Source: Anthoceros angustus (taxonomy: Eukaryota > Plantae > Anthocerotophyta). From it: DNA of 64,000 bases. The stretch's first letter is position 1. Each line of letters opens with the position of its first letter. This document shows, piece after piece, positions 1 through 12,569 of this stretch. The stretch is from the NCBI GenBank assembly GCA_010909165.1, contig MU008164.1, positions 1,426,001 to 1,490,000 of the forward strand, in the 5' to 3' direction. The position numbers and the translations under genes were made by a program. The notes below the pieces were generated by a model. It worked only from the letters and a program-made list of their open reading frames with translations, was not told the origin of the DNA and ran no database searches.

Positions 1-11
1 AATAATTAATA

Positions 12-1400
12 ATCCAAGAGGAGGCTTTGTGTACTTCCAAGGCTCGTACAAAATTTACGGATGGAACAAGCAGAAATGCAGCAAACCTACAACACTACAA
101 ATTGTTAAGCTAAGCGGGTGAATATGGCGCATTGCCAAGGCTCTTCACCCTCCCTTGGCCCTTGCTTGGAGGAGACCAATATTGTGGCCCTCCGAGCCCT
201 CCATCCAACCTCAAGGATACCATCCCGGACATATACGGCTATGTCTATGAGGACCCCTCTCCTTGATCAGCGGCTTTTGCTCTAGCCCTTTATGGCCCTA
301 CATCTTTCATGTGCTGGTTAGAATGGTGTTTGAACACCTCGAGACCTTTTCTCCCGAAGACCCTTCTAGTGGCTTGTGGGAGCTCTTCTTCTTGGGTACC
401 ATGGCTCGGGAGAGATGCCTCATCGGATCCGCCATATAAGGCCTTGCAACTAGCAGGCTAGTTGCTATGGACGAGCTTGCCCCCTCCATTGGCGTGCGCT
501 CACTTGCGGTTGGGGAAGCCTTCATGCGGCTTCATAGCCGTACTATTACCCTCCAACGCCGTCACTTCTTCAGCAGCAGCTCAATCCCCTTCAATTTGGC
601 ATTGCCACTTCGGTGGGCTGCGAGTCCGTGGTGTTTGGAGTGAAGGCATGCCTTGACATCCACCCGGAGTGGGTGGTCTTATAGGTGGATGTTGAGAACG
701 CCTTCAATGCCATCTCCACAGGCATCATCTTCAGGAACTCGGGGATCTTGGCGGCATCTTGAGGAGCCTTATGCCTTTGTCCAAGCTTCTACGGAGATTC
801 TCCACCCTTTACTATCAAAGATAAGAACGTGTCATCGGATTTGCCATCTTTGTCTCGGAATTAGCCACGGTACTAGGCAAAGCGACACTCTAGGCGATGC
901 TCTCTTCATCATCGCTCACAGGGCCGCATCTAGAGCGCATCCTCAACGCATGATTATCTTCTCTTTGCTGTGAGACAACTCTCACATCCTTGGGCCTAGG
1001 GACAAGGTCAAGGAAGCCTTCGAGCTCTTCTCTCATGACCTTTCTTTGGTGGGCTTGAAGGTCAAACTATCTAAGTGTCGTGTCGGTCTTCGTGAGATCC
1101 TCCCTACTTTGCGCTTTTTTCTGACGAGATTGCTCCGGCCTTAGGCCTCACGGATTTTGGGATCCCCTTGGTTCCCTTGACTTCATCGGAGCTTCCTAGA
1201 CTAGGCTCTTGCGGAGGACTTGTCCCACATTCAACCTCCAGTCTAACATCCGGTGCTCTTTTCTAGAGTTGTAGTTTATCCTCTCGACATAGCCACGATA
1301 AGTCGATTAAGGTCCTCCACATCCGGCATAATTGCTTTTTTGCTTGGGGTTGCTTCTTTTGCGTTGTCGGTTGGCAAGAGTGCAGTGCGATTTGGCTTGA
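12..1400 (+). mobile_element. Degenerate CRE/SLACS-like (RLE-clade) non-LTR retrotransposon RT fragment
   Basis: Motifs across frameshifts: RSLAVGEAFMRL, VDVENAFNAIS, GTRQSDTLGDALF, ADNSHILG (YxDD-like), GLKVKLSKC. Confidence 0.8.
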
Positions 1401-2051
1401 TGGACTAGTTAAGTTTAGCTTCTTGGACTAGTTAAGTTTGGCTTGTTGTCGCCTCGTGAAAGAGATGCAGGATCTTCACGTCACATGTCCGTAATCCTAA
1501 TCCTTCCTTGTGACGATGAAATCTGCGAACCTTCTTTAGCTCAAACTCACTGTCGGTAAGTGTTCGTGAGAAAATAATATGGTGAATATGTCCAAAGAGC
1601 TGGTTTTCCAAGAAGAATGATGTATATTGGCTTGTTTTGGGGGTCATTTTTCGGCCTTTAGGAACCCAAACCCTTTTAGTGAAGAATTATAACTCTTTTC
1701 GGAGACATTGTTCCTCCTCTACTTCCTAGTATGGCAAAGTTTCTCATGGATACCGGTGGTCATAAGCGTTACAGTCGGCTGTAAGGCCACGCCATCACGA
1801 AGGACAACCTCGGAACGTCCATCCGATTTATCTTCTTTTCCCATTTCTCTTCATGACACTATTAAAGATGACCAAAATCGCTAATTTAATTTTGTGACTA
1901 TATAGCTTTTATCATTGTTTTATATATGATTTAAGGTTTGTTTAATTAAGATGATATTCTCCATTCTAGAGGGATGCATGTATCCATCTATATTCAAAAA
2001 GCGTGTTACCAAATTCTCTATTTAGTTGTCTTTAAAATTATGAAGTCCACA

Positions 2052-2830
2052 ATGAAAATGGAAATGAGAATGTTTCAAGAAAGATACGCATGTGGAAGTT
2101 AATGTATTAGTGAAGATGGTTTTCCAAAGTCTATGAATGATATGAAAAATATGAGGAAAGATATATGCTTGTAAAACTATGAAAACATATGAAGAAATAA
2201 ATCATGTAATAGGTGGAGAGATAAACACTCTTGATTTCTTCCAAGACATTATCATATTTTCAACACAAAAGGATATGGAACATATATATATTGCTATGTA
2301 CCTATGGTACATTAAAGATGAACTAAGAAAGGGAGCTTATTGTGAGGAGGATGCAAAAATACTTATGTTTAACCTAATGGAGGCAATCAACTTTTGCCAC
2401 AAGCATAATGTTATGCACGCGATTTGAAATCGGCTATTATATTAGTACTAAGTTGTCTCAAAATTAAACTAGGACTTTGGTTTGTCTATTCCATGTTTCC
2501 AAAACAAATGAATTATTGTATAGGGGAGCTGCAAGAACCCCATTTCTCATGGCTATGAAGGTATTGGACTCAGTAGATGATGAAAATACAAGCAGTACTT
2601 CAAAAGGCGATATTTGGAGTGTGGGAGTTAATCTGTATGAAGTTTTAACCGGAAAACGTCCTTACACGTCATGGGTTCAACATCGAAAAGAGTGGAGAAC
2701 TCAATTGGACCTAGATGAGTGGCCCAACATCTTAAAACAGTAAAAATGTACTACACTCAATGTTACATTAAGAATCAGACTCAGTGCAGAAGTTCTAAAC
2801 CATTCTTGGTATCTTCTATGTAGAATATAG
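2052..2830 (+). pseudogene. Intronless CAMK-like Ser/Thr kinase pseudogene (copy 1, left arm)
   Basis: IYACK, AINFCHKHNVMH(RDLK), DFG, GDIWSVGV, EVLTGKRPY, LNHSW; frameshifts and stops present. Confidence 0.85.
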
Positions 2831-2959
2831 TAGTTTATTATATAATAAATTATTTCTAAAGTAAAAATAATTTTTGATCCGATTGATGATCGTTTTTACA
2901 CAAGAAAATAATTTTTTCTATAATGAAAAATAAAACTACTATGTTGTATAGAAGATAAA

Positions 2960-3640
2960 AATAGGACCAAGAATAGTTTAGAACTTGTTGCATCTAGTCT
3001 CTGCACTCCTCTAAATGTAACATAGAGTGCGATGGATATTTTATTTCATTTGAGATGTTGGGCCACTCATGAATGTCTATTTGAATTCTCCACTATCCAT
3101 TTTCAATGTCAAACTCATAGCCTATGTAGGGACGTTTTCGTCAAAACTTCATATAGAATGACTCTTGCGCTCCAAATATCAGTTCATAGCTTGTGTTTAC
3201 ATCATCTTCGAGTCCCTCACCTCTTTAGCCATGTAACATTAGGTTCCAACTCCCTATACAATAATTCATGTTCATTTTGGAAACAGGGAACAAACAAACC
3301 AAAGTCGCTAGTTTAATTTTGAGAGGGCTAAGTAATAATATAACAGCGATTCAAATCGCGATGTATAACATTATGCCTATGGCAAAATTTGATTGCCTCC
3401 ACTACGTTAAACATAAGTAATTTTGTATCCTCCTCACAATGAGCTCCTCCTTTCTTAGTTCATCCTTAAGTGTTCCATAGGTTATAGCTCCATCACTCTA
3501 TATATATATATATAATTTTACAGGCATATATTTTTTGTATATTTATCATAGTATTCATAGACTTTGGAAAAGCCATCTTTACCGATACATTTTCCCCACA
3601 TGTATTTTTCTTAAAACATTCGCACTTCCATTTCCATTGT
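2960..3640 (-). pseudogene. Inverted paralogous kinase pseudogene (copy 1, right arm)
   Basis: The reverse complement aligns to 2052-2830 (IGKDG(F)SKVY-like, IYACK, CHRHNVIHRDL, DFGL, DIWS), with an internal deletion. Confidence 0.8.
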
Positions 3641-4139
3641 GGACTCCATAATTCTAAGGATAGATAGATAGAGAGATAGGAGGATTTATTTTGGTTTAGG
3701 TCCCGCCTTTGAGTAATTAACGTGTCTGCGAGGATACCGTAAGGAATAAGAATAAATAATTCATTAACACACACAATATAGATGGATACACCTGTCCCTT
3801 TATGAGTGAGGACATCATCTTCATTTAACAAAATTTAACAACCCTAGATAACATGATTATAAAAGTTATATGAAAGATACTGGATAACTTGATTTTATTT
3901 AAAGTTGATAGACTCCTAGGAGGCTTTATTTCGTTAGGTCTTGCCCTTTGGGTAATTAACGTGCCCTTGAGGGATACCGTGTTGAACAAGTACAGAAAAT
4001 TTGTTACACACACCGTAATATAGATGCTTAGACCCATCCTCTATAATGGAGAACATCATTTAATTTAAACAAACCTTAAAACCTTAGCCCTTTAAAACTT
4101 CCCTTTGCATGAGTTTCAAAAATATTAACCCGTAAAAGA

Positions 4140-4395
4140 ATAGCCCTGCACCCCTTTTATACACCTTGGTGAGAAATTACCATTTCAAGATGTGCTCCCC
4201 TTTGCTCTGCACCCCTTTCAAACACTTTGGAATTGCCATGTACTCTAGGTGAGAAACTACCACTTCAAGTGAGAAACTACCATTTTAGCACTCCTACTCC
4301 GCATGTGAACCCCCTTTTAACACTCATGATAGAAACTACCATTTCACCGCCACGTCTGCACCCCTTTATGATCATATTAGAAAATACCATTCCAT
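4140..4395. repeat. Degenerate ~50 bp minisatellite (TGCACCCCTTT...GAGAAACTACCATTT)
   Basis: GAGAAA(C/T)TACCA-like motif at ~4170, 4250, 4271, 4330 and 4379; recurs at ~13750-13995. Confidence 0.7.
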
Positions 4396-4545
4396 ATATA
4401 GCAAATTTCCCATGGAAATATCCCCATAGCCATAATGCTGCAAGTAAGCTTGTAAGGCCATGTCATCACGGAGGACAACCTCGGGACATCCATTTTGGAT
4501 TTATTTTCTTTTCCATTTTCCTTCAAGACATTATCATAGATGACG

Positions 4546-5110
4546 AGACTAGTGTATGTCGAGATTCTATGTCGCTTTGTTTTCCAGTTCACGGAAAACC
4601 ATGGATGCAACCAACGGATAGTTGTCAAACACATTTTCCGGTACTTGAAAGGCATAGTTTTTATAGGTCTATGTTACAAACGGACTAGTACCTCACTCAC
4701 CTTACATGGTTTTGCCGACACCGACTAGGCCTCCAACATTGCCTCTCAAAAGCTTGTTATTTGAACTGAGTTGCAAGAAGCGGACCAGCATTTCCCTCTC
4801 CGATCGAGGTGAGTATCAATCCTTAATCGATGTTTCCAAGAAAGTGGAGTGGAAAAGGTTTTTCCTCAAGGTTATTAAAGAAGAGCAATCCTCAACTACT
4901 ATATTATATCTGACAACGTTCGGTCCGCTTTGGCCTTAGTGGCTCACCTCCGGTTCCATGCTAGGATGAAGCACATTGAAATACAAAGATCATTATGTTA
5001 GAGATGTAGTTATCAAGTTGACCTATGTGTACATCGATGCAAACACGCACACATCTTAATTTACAAAATCACGCCCAAGCATATTTACACACATGTTGAA
5101 GGTCTTGACA
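4546..5110 (+). mobile_element. Ty1/copia RT C-terminus + RNase H remnant
   Basis: VKHIFRYLKG, LHGFADTD*A, KKRTSISLS..EY, DN.SALAL, FHARMKHIEI..HYVRD. Confidence 0.85.
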
Positions 5111-8100
5111 CGCTAGACTATGCTGCCTACTTCAAAGTAAAGGGCAAATCAATATACCAATAAGCTTCAAGGAGAACTAATATATAAGGCCTAGCCTATC
5201 TAGGTGTGGAGCATGGTATGTGCTTGTATGCTAGTACCTAGAGTGCCTAGTGCATATAAGCCATATTGTGTGGGAGTGTTGTGTTCCCTCCCATGAATAA
5301 AGGCATAACGCTTTTCTAATACATTTTGTGGAATACACATCTGCTCCAAAGGAGGCGACATTAGCTTCAAAGGAGATGGCATCTCCACTAAGAACGTTAT
5401 GCGCAGGCATTGACAAAAGGTGTGGGATCGGACTCGGTGTTCGTGAACAAATTGTGGCCCGTTTACGCCACAATTGTCGCCAATTGGGCAAGGACAACAA
5501 GTGGGCAACGTTAACGCTCGTGCAATTTGGGTAGGAGATTTAGCTCATGCCAATTGGGCCTCTAGCGATGATTGTGGCCGCAAGCTACCGCTTGGTGTGC
5601 GTAATCGTAATCTAATGCATCTTGATTATTGTCAATGATAAAATGATTGTCAATGGTAAATGATTTTCAATGGCTATCAATTATATACATATAATAAACT
5701 TGAAACTTGTATGATGTCCGAAACCTGTGGTAGAGGTGTCTTAGACTTTGCGAGATAGGGACAAAATTGTACATTCAATATCGATAATTTTGCTTCTTAA
5801 TTAATCATTGTAAGAACAATGACAATTGGAGAACAATGAGATTGTCGGTACTAATATTTAACTACTATGACGGTCGTTGCCCATGCCTTCGCAATTTCAA
5901 TCTTCTTTGATAACAATAGATGGCGCTTAGTACCACGACAAAGAACCCAACCACAATTGTCATGAGGAGAAATGACATGCTACATTGTGAGAGCATGAAT
6001 AAGACAAAATAAGCCTCCCATGATCACAAAATCTCAGCTAACATTAGCACCACATGCGCAGACTTTGGAAACGTGTAGCCTTCGAGTTCTTCCTCCAAAC
6101 AACAAGATGATCAACGCTAATGCAAGAAGCACCGCAGCAAATCACATGCGATGAACACCCACGAAACTTGAATGAATCATCCAAATTTCTGGCGCAATAG
6201 GAACAACCAAATGAAGCCAATGGAGAACATTAGAACAAATGGGGACCAATATCCCTTGCTCTTCCAGCTCAATGTCTTCAACACCAATGGCTTGAACACT
6301 ACTCATAGTTTCATGGTCATTCCCACCACATCCATGTATTTGATCTACTCCAACATGTGAGTGGTCCATATTCTCATCCAATGTGTTCACTCTGGATCCA
6401 CCACAGAGAAGCAAACAATATGCACGCCAACTTCATATTCATGCGTAGGGAAACTCACCGGGACCCCTTTGTCCCGAGCGAATATTCATTTCCACGTGGA
6501 TTTGAAATCTACTATTACTTGTAAATCACTCATGATTAAATTTCCGCCGAATCACGATATATATACAGTTTGCACGCTTGTTTCATGTTCACCTAGTGCC
6601 CTTAGGATATGTGCCCACATGCGGTAGGAGCTAAGCGTGTAAACGACATACAAAAGAAATCGAGGAACAAGGGACTTGACTACATGTACACAATATGTGG
6701 TCTATGCCGTCATATATAGACTTCTAGAGGCCTAATCTCTCGATAACCAAATAAATTCGTTAAAAATATTAATATAGATTAAATAATTAATAATCCAAGA
6801 GGAGGCTTTGTGTACTTCCAAGGCTCGTACAAAATTTGCTGTGGATGGAACAAGCACGTAGAAATGCAAACCTACAACACTACAAATTGTTAAGCTAAGC
6901 GGGTGAATATGGCCGCATTGCCAAGGCTCTTCACCCTCCCTTTGGCCCTTGCTTGAGGAGACCAATATTGTGGCCCTCGAGCCCTCCATCCAACCTCAAG
7001 GATACCATCCCGGACATATCGGCTATGTCTATGAGGACCCCTCTCCTTGATCAGTGGCTTTGCTCTAGCCCTTTATGGCCCTACATCTTTCATGTGTCGG
7101 TGGTTAGAATGGTGTTTGAACACCTCGAGACCTTTTCTCCCGAAGACCCTTCTAGTGGCTTCAGGAGCTCTTCTTCACTCTGGATCCACCACTGAGAGAA
7201 GCAAACAATATGCACGCCAACTTCATATTCATGCGTAGGGAAACTCACGGGACCCCTTTGTCCCGAGCGAATATTCATTTCACGTCGTGGATTTGAAATC
7301 TACTATTACTTGTAAATCACTCATGATTAAATTTCCGAATCCACGATATATATACAGTTTGCACGCTTGTTTCATGTTCACCTAGTGCCCTTAGGATATG
7401 TGCCCACATGCGGTAGGAGCTAAACGTGTAACGCATACAAAAGAAATCGAGGAACAAGGGACTTGACTACATGTACACAATATGTGGTCTATGCCGTCAT
7501 ATATAGACTTCTAGAGGCCTAATCTCGATAACCAAATAAATTCGTTAAAAATATTAATATAGATTAAATAATTAATAATCCAAGAGGAGGCTTTGTGTAC
7601 TTCCAAGGCTCGTACAAAATTTACAACGGATGGAACAAGCACGTAGAAATGCAGCAAACCTACAACACTACAAATTGTTAAGCTAAGCGGGTGAATATGG
7701 CCGCATTGCCAAGGCTCTTCACCCTCCCTTTGGCCCTTGCTTGAGGAGACCAATATTGTGGCCCTCGAGCCCTCCATCCAACCTCAAGGATACCATCCCG
7801 GACATATCGGCTATGTCTATGAGGACCCCTCTCCTTGATCAGTGGCTTTGCTCTAGCCCTTTATGGCCCTACATCTTTCATGTGTCGGTGGTTAGAATGG
7901 TGTTTGAACACCTCGAGACCTTTTCTCCCGAAGACCCTTCTAGTGGCTTCAGGAGCTCTTCTTCACTCTGGATCCACCACAGAGAGAAGCAAACAATATG
8001 CACGCCAACTTCATATTCATGCGTAGGGAAACTCACGGGACCCCTTTGTCCCGAGCGAATATTCATTTCACGTCGTGGATTTGAAATCTACTATTACTTG

Positions 8101-8364
8101 TAAATCACTCATGATTAAATTTCCGAATCCACGATATATATACAGTTTGCACGCTTGTTTCATGTTCACCTAGTGCCCTTAGGATATGTGCCCACATGCG
8201 GTAGGAGCTAAACGTGTAACGCATACAAAAGAAATCGAGGAACAAGGGACTTGACTACATGTACACAATATGTGGTCTATGCCGTCATATATAGACTTCT
8301 AGAGGCCTAATCTCGATAACCAAATAAATTCGTTAAAAATATTAATATAGATTAAATAATTAAT

Positions 8365-9476
8365 AATCCAAGAGGAGGCTTTGTGTACTTCCAAGGCTCG
8401 TACAAAATTTACAACGGATGGAACAAGCACGTAGAAATGCAGCAAACCTACAACACTACAAATTGTTAAGCTAAGCGGGTGAATATGGCCGCATTGCCAA
8501 GGCTCTTCACCCTCCCTTTGGCCCTTGCTTGAGGAGACCAATATTGTGGCCCTCGAGCCCTCCATCCAACCTCAAGGATACCATCCCGGACATATACGGC
8601 TATGTCTATGAGGACCCCTCTCCTTCGATCAGCGGCTTTTGCTCTAGCCCTTTATGGCCCTACATCTTTCATGTGTCGGTGGTTAGAATGGTGTTTGAAC
8701 ACCTCGAGACCTTTTCTCCCAAGACCCTTCTAGTGGCTTCAGGAGCTCTTCTTGGGTACCACTGGCTCGGGAGAGATGCCTCATCGGATCGCCATATAAG
8801 GCCTTGCAACTAGCGAGGCTAGTTGCTATGGAAGCTTGCCCCTCCATTGGCGTCGCTCACTTGCGGTTGGGGAAGCCTTCATGCGGCTTCATAGCCGTAC
8901 TATTACCCTCCAATGCCGTCACTTCTTCAGCTCAATCCCCTTCAATTTGGCATTGCCACTTGTGAGTCCGTGGTGTTTGGGTGAAGGCATGCCTTGACAC
9001 CCACCCGAGTGGGTGGTCTTATAGGTGGATGTTGAGAACGCCTTCAATGCCATCTCCACAGGCATCATCTTGAGAACTCGGGGATCTTGGCGGCATCTTG
9101 AGGAGCCTTATGCCTTTTGTCCAAGCTTCTACGGAGATTCTCCACCCTTTACTATCGATAAGAACGTGTCATCGGGATTTGCCATCTTTGTCTCGGAATT
9201 AGCCAGGTACTAGGCAAAGCGACACTCTAGGCGATGCTCTCTTCATCATCGCTCACAGCGGCGCATCTAGAGTCGCATCCTCAACGCATGATTATCTTCT
9301 CTTCTTTGGCGGACAACTCTCACATCCTTGGGCCTAGGGACAAGGTCAAGGAAGCCTTCGAGCTCTTCTCTCATGACCTTTCTTTGGTGGGCTTGAAGGT
9401 CAAACTATCTAAGTGTCGTGGTCTTCGGAGATCCTCCCTACTTTGCGCTTTTCTGACGAGATTGCTTGCCCTTAGG
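8365..9476 (+). mobile_element. CRE-like RT fragment in deleted unit 4
   Basis: Same sequence as 12-1145; ORFs 9025-9213 and 9234-9497. Confidence 0.8.
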
Positions 9477-9649
9477 ATATGTGCCCACATGCGGTAGGAG
9501 CTAAACGATACAAAAGAAATCGGAGGAACAAGGGACTTGACTACATGTACACAATATGTGGTCTATGTCATATATAGACTTCTAGAGGCCTAATCTCTCG
9601 ATAACCAAATAAATTCGTTAAAAATATTAATATAGATTAAATAATTAAT

Positions 9650-11030
9650 AATCCAAGAGGAGGCTTTGTGTACTTCCAAGGCTCGTACAAAATTTACAAC
9701 GGATGGAACAAGCACGTAGAAATGCAAACCTACAACACTACAAATTGTTAAGCTAAGCGGGTGAATATGGCCGCATTGCCAAGGCTCTTCACCCTCCCTT
9801 TGGCCCTTGCTTGAGGAGACCAATATTGTGGCCCTCGAGCCCTCCATCCAACCTCAAGGATACCATCCCGGACATATACGGCTATGTCTATGAGGACCCC
9901 TCTCCTTGATCAGCGGCTTTGCTCTAGTTTATGGCCCTACATCTTTCATGTGTCGGTGGTTAGAATGGTGTTTGAACACCTCGAGACCTTTTCTCCCAAG
10001 ACCCTTCTAGTGGCTTGGAGCTCTTCTTCTTGGGTACCACTGTGGCTCGGGAGAGATGCCTCATCGGATCGCCATATAAGGCCTTGCAACTAGCGTGCTA
10101 GTTGCTATGGACGAGCTTGCCCCTCCATTGGCGTGCGCTCACTTGCGGTTGGGGAAGCCTTCATGCGGCTTCATAGCCGTACTATTACCCTCCAATGTCA
10201 CTTCTTCAGCAGCAGCTCAATCCCCTTCAATTTGGCATTGCCACGCCGGGCGAGTCCGGTGTTTGGAGTGAAGGCATGCCTTGACACCCACCCGAGTGGG
10301 TGGTCTTATAGGTGGATGTTGAGAACGCCTTCAATGCCATCTCCACAGGCATCATCTTCGTGAACTCGGGGATCTTGGCGGCATCTTGAGGAGCCTTATG
10401 CCTTTGTCCGAAGCTTCTACGGAGATTCTCCACCCTTTACTATCGATAAGAACGTGTCATCGGGATTTGCCATCTTTGTCTCGGAATTAGCCACGTACTA
10501 GGCAAAGCGACACTCTAGGCGATGCTCTCTTCATCATCGCCACAACAGGCCGCATCTAGAGCGCATCCTCAACGCATGATTATCTTCTCTTTGGCGACAA
10601 CTCTCACATCCTTGGGCCTAGGGACAAGGTCAAGGAAGCCTTCGAGCTCTTCTCTCATGACCTTTCTTTGGTGGGCTTGAAGGTCAAACTATCTAAGTGT
10701 CGTGTCCGGGTCTTCGTCGGAGATCCTCCCTACTTTGCGCTTTTCTGACGAGATTGCTCCGCCTTAGGCCTCACGGATTTTGGGGATCCCCTTGGTTCCC
10801 TTGACTTCATCGGGAGCTTCCTAGACTAGGCTCTTGCGGAGGACTTGTCCCACATTCAAAACCTCCGGTCAACATCGGTGCTCTTTTCTAGAGTTGTAGT
10901 TTATCCCTCTCGACATAGCCACGATAAGGCTGTCGATTAAGGTCCTCCACATCCGCATAATTGCTTTTTTCGGCTTGGGGTTGCTTCTTTTGCGTTGTCG
11001 GTTCGCAAATTAGTCTTGATTTGGCTTGAT
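9650..11030 (+). mobile_element. CRE-like RT fragment in unit 5
   Basis: Near-identical to 12-1400. Confidence 0.8.
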
Positions 11031-11673
11031 GGACTAGTTAAGTTTAGCTTCTTTGGACTAGTTAAGTTTGGCTTGTTGTCGCCGTGAAAGAGATGCAGGA
11101 TCTTCACGTCACATGTCCGTAATCCTAATCCCTTCCTTGTGACGATGAAATCTGCGAACCTTCTTTAGCTCAAACTCTGTCGGTAAGTGTTCGTGAGAAA
11201 ATAATATGGTGAATATGTCCAAAGAGCTGGTTTTCGAAGAAGAATGATGTATATTGGCTTGTTTTGGGGGTCATTTTCGCCTTTAGGAACCCAAACCCTT
11301 TTAGTGAAGAATTATAACTCTTTTCGTGGAGACATTGTTCCTCCTCTACTTCCTAGTATGGCAAAGTTTCTCATGGATACCCGGTGGTCATAAGCGTTAC
11401 GTGCGGCTGTAACGCCATCACGAAGGACAACCTCGGAGCGTCCATCCGAGATTTATCTTCTTTCCCATTTTCCCTTCATGACACTATTAAAGATGACCAA
11501 AATCGCTAATTTAATTTTGTGACTATATAGCTTTTATCATTGTTTTATATATGATTTAAGGTTTGTTTAATTAAGATGATATTCTCCATTCTAGAGGGAT
11601 GCATGTATCCATCTATATTCAGTCGTGTTACCAAATTCTCTATTTAGTTGTCTTTAAAATTATGAAGTCCACA

Positions 11674-12445
11674 ATGAAAATGGAAATGAGAATGTTTCAA
11701 GAAAGATACATGTGGAAGTTAATGTATTAGTGAAGATGGTTTTCCAAAGTCTATGAATGATATGAAAAATATCGGAAAGATATATGCTTGTAAAACTATG
11801 AAAACATATGAAGAAATAAATCATGTAATAGGTGGAGAGATAAACACTCTTGATTTCTTCCAAGACATTATCATATTTTCAACACAAAAGGATATGGAAC
11901 ATATATATATTGCTATGTACCTATGGTACATTAAAGATGAACTAAGAAAGGGAGCTTATTGTGAGGAGGATGCAAAAATACTTATGTTTAACCTAATGGA
12001 GGCAATCAACTTTTGCCACAAGCATAATGTTATGCACCGCGATTTGAAATCGGCTATTATATTAGTACTAAGTTGTCTCAAAATTAAACTACGAGACTTT
12101 GGTTTGTCTATTCCATGTTTCCAAAACAAATGAATTATTGTATGGGGAGCTGCAAGAACCCCATTTCTCATGGCTATGAAGGTATTGGACTCGATGATGA
12201 TGTAAATACAAGCGATTACTTCAAAAGGCGATATTTGGAGTGTGGAGTTAATCGTATGAAGTTTTAACGGAAAACGTCCTTACACGTCATGGGTTCAACA
12301 TCGAAAAGAGTGGAGAACTCAATTGGACCTAGATGGGTGGCCCAACATCTTAAACGGTAAAAAATGTACTACACTCAATGTTACATTAAGAAGACTCATG
12401 TGACAAGTTCTAAACCATTCTTGGTATCTTCTATGTAGAATATAG
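11674..12445 (+). pseudogene. Ser/Thr kinase pseudogene (copy 2, left arm)
   Basis: ORF 11753-12133 has IYACK, HRDLKS and RDFGL in one frame. Confidence 0.85.
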
Positions 12446-12569
12446 TAGTTTATTATATAATAAATTATTTCTAAAGTAAAAATAATTTTTGATCCGATTG
12501 ATGATCGAGTTTTTACACAAGAAAATAATTTTTTCTATAATGAAAAATAAAACTACTATGTTGTATAGA

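Noticed and set aside
6699-6730. Helitron-like 3' hairpin (GTCTAT..ATAGAC) followed by CTAG
   Set aside because: The hairpin is weak and AT-rich, only 2 nt from CTAG, not followed by T/TC, and not at the unit junction.
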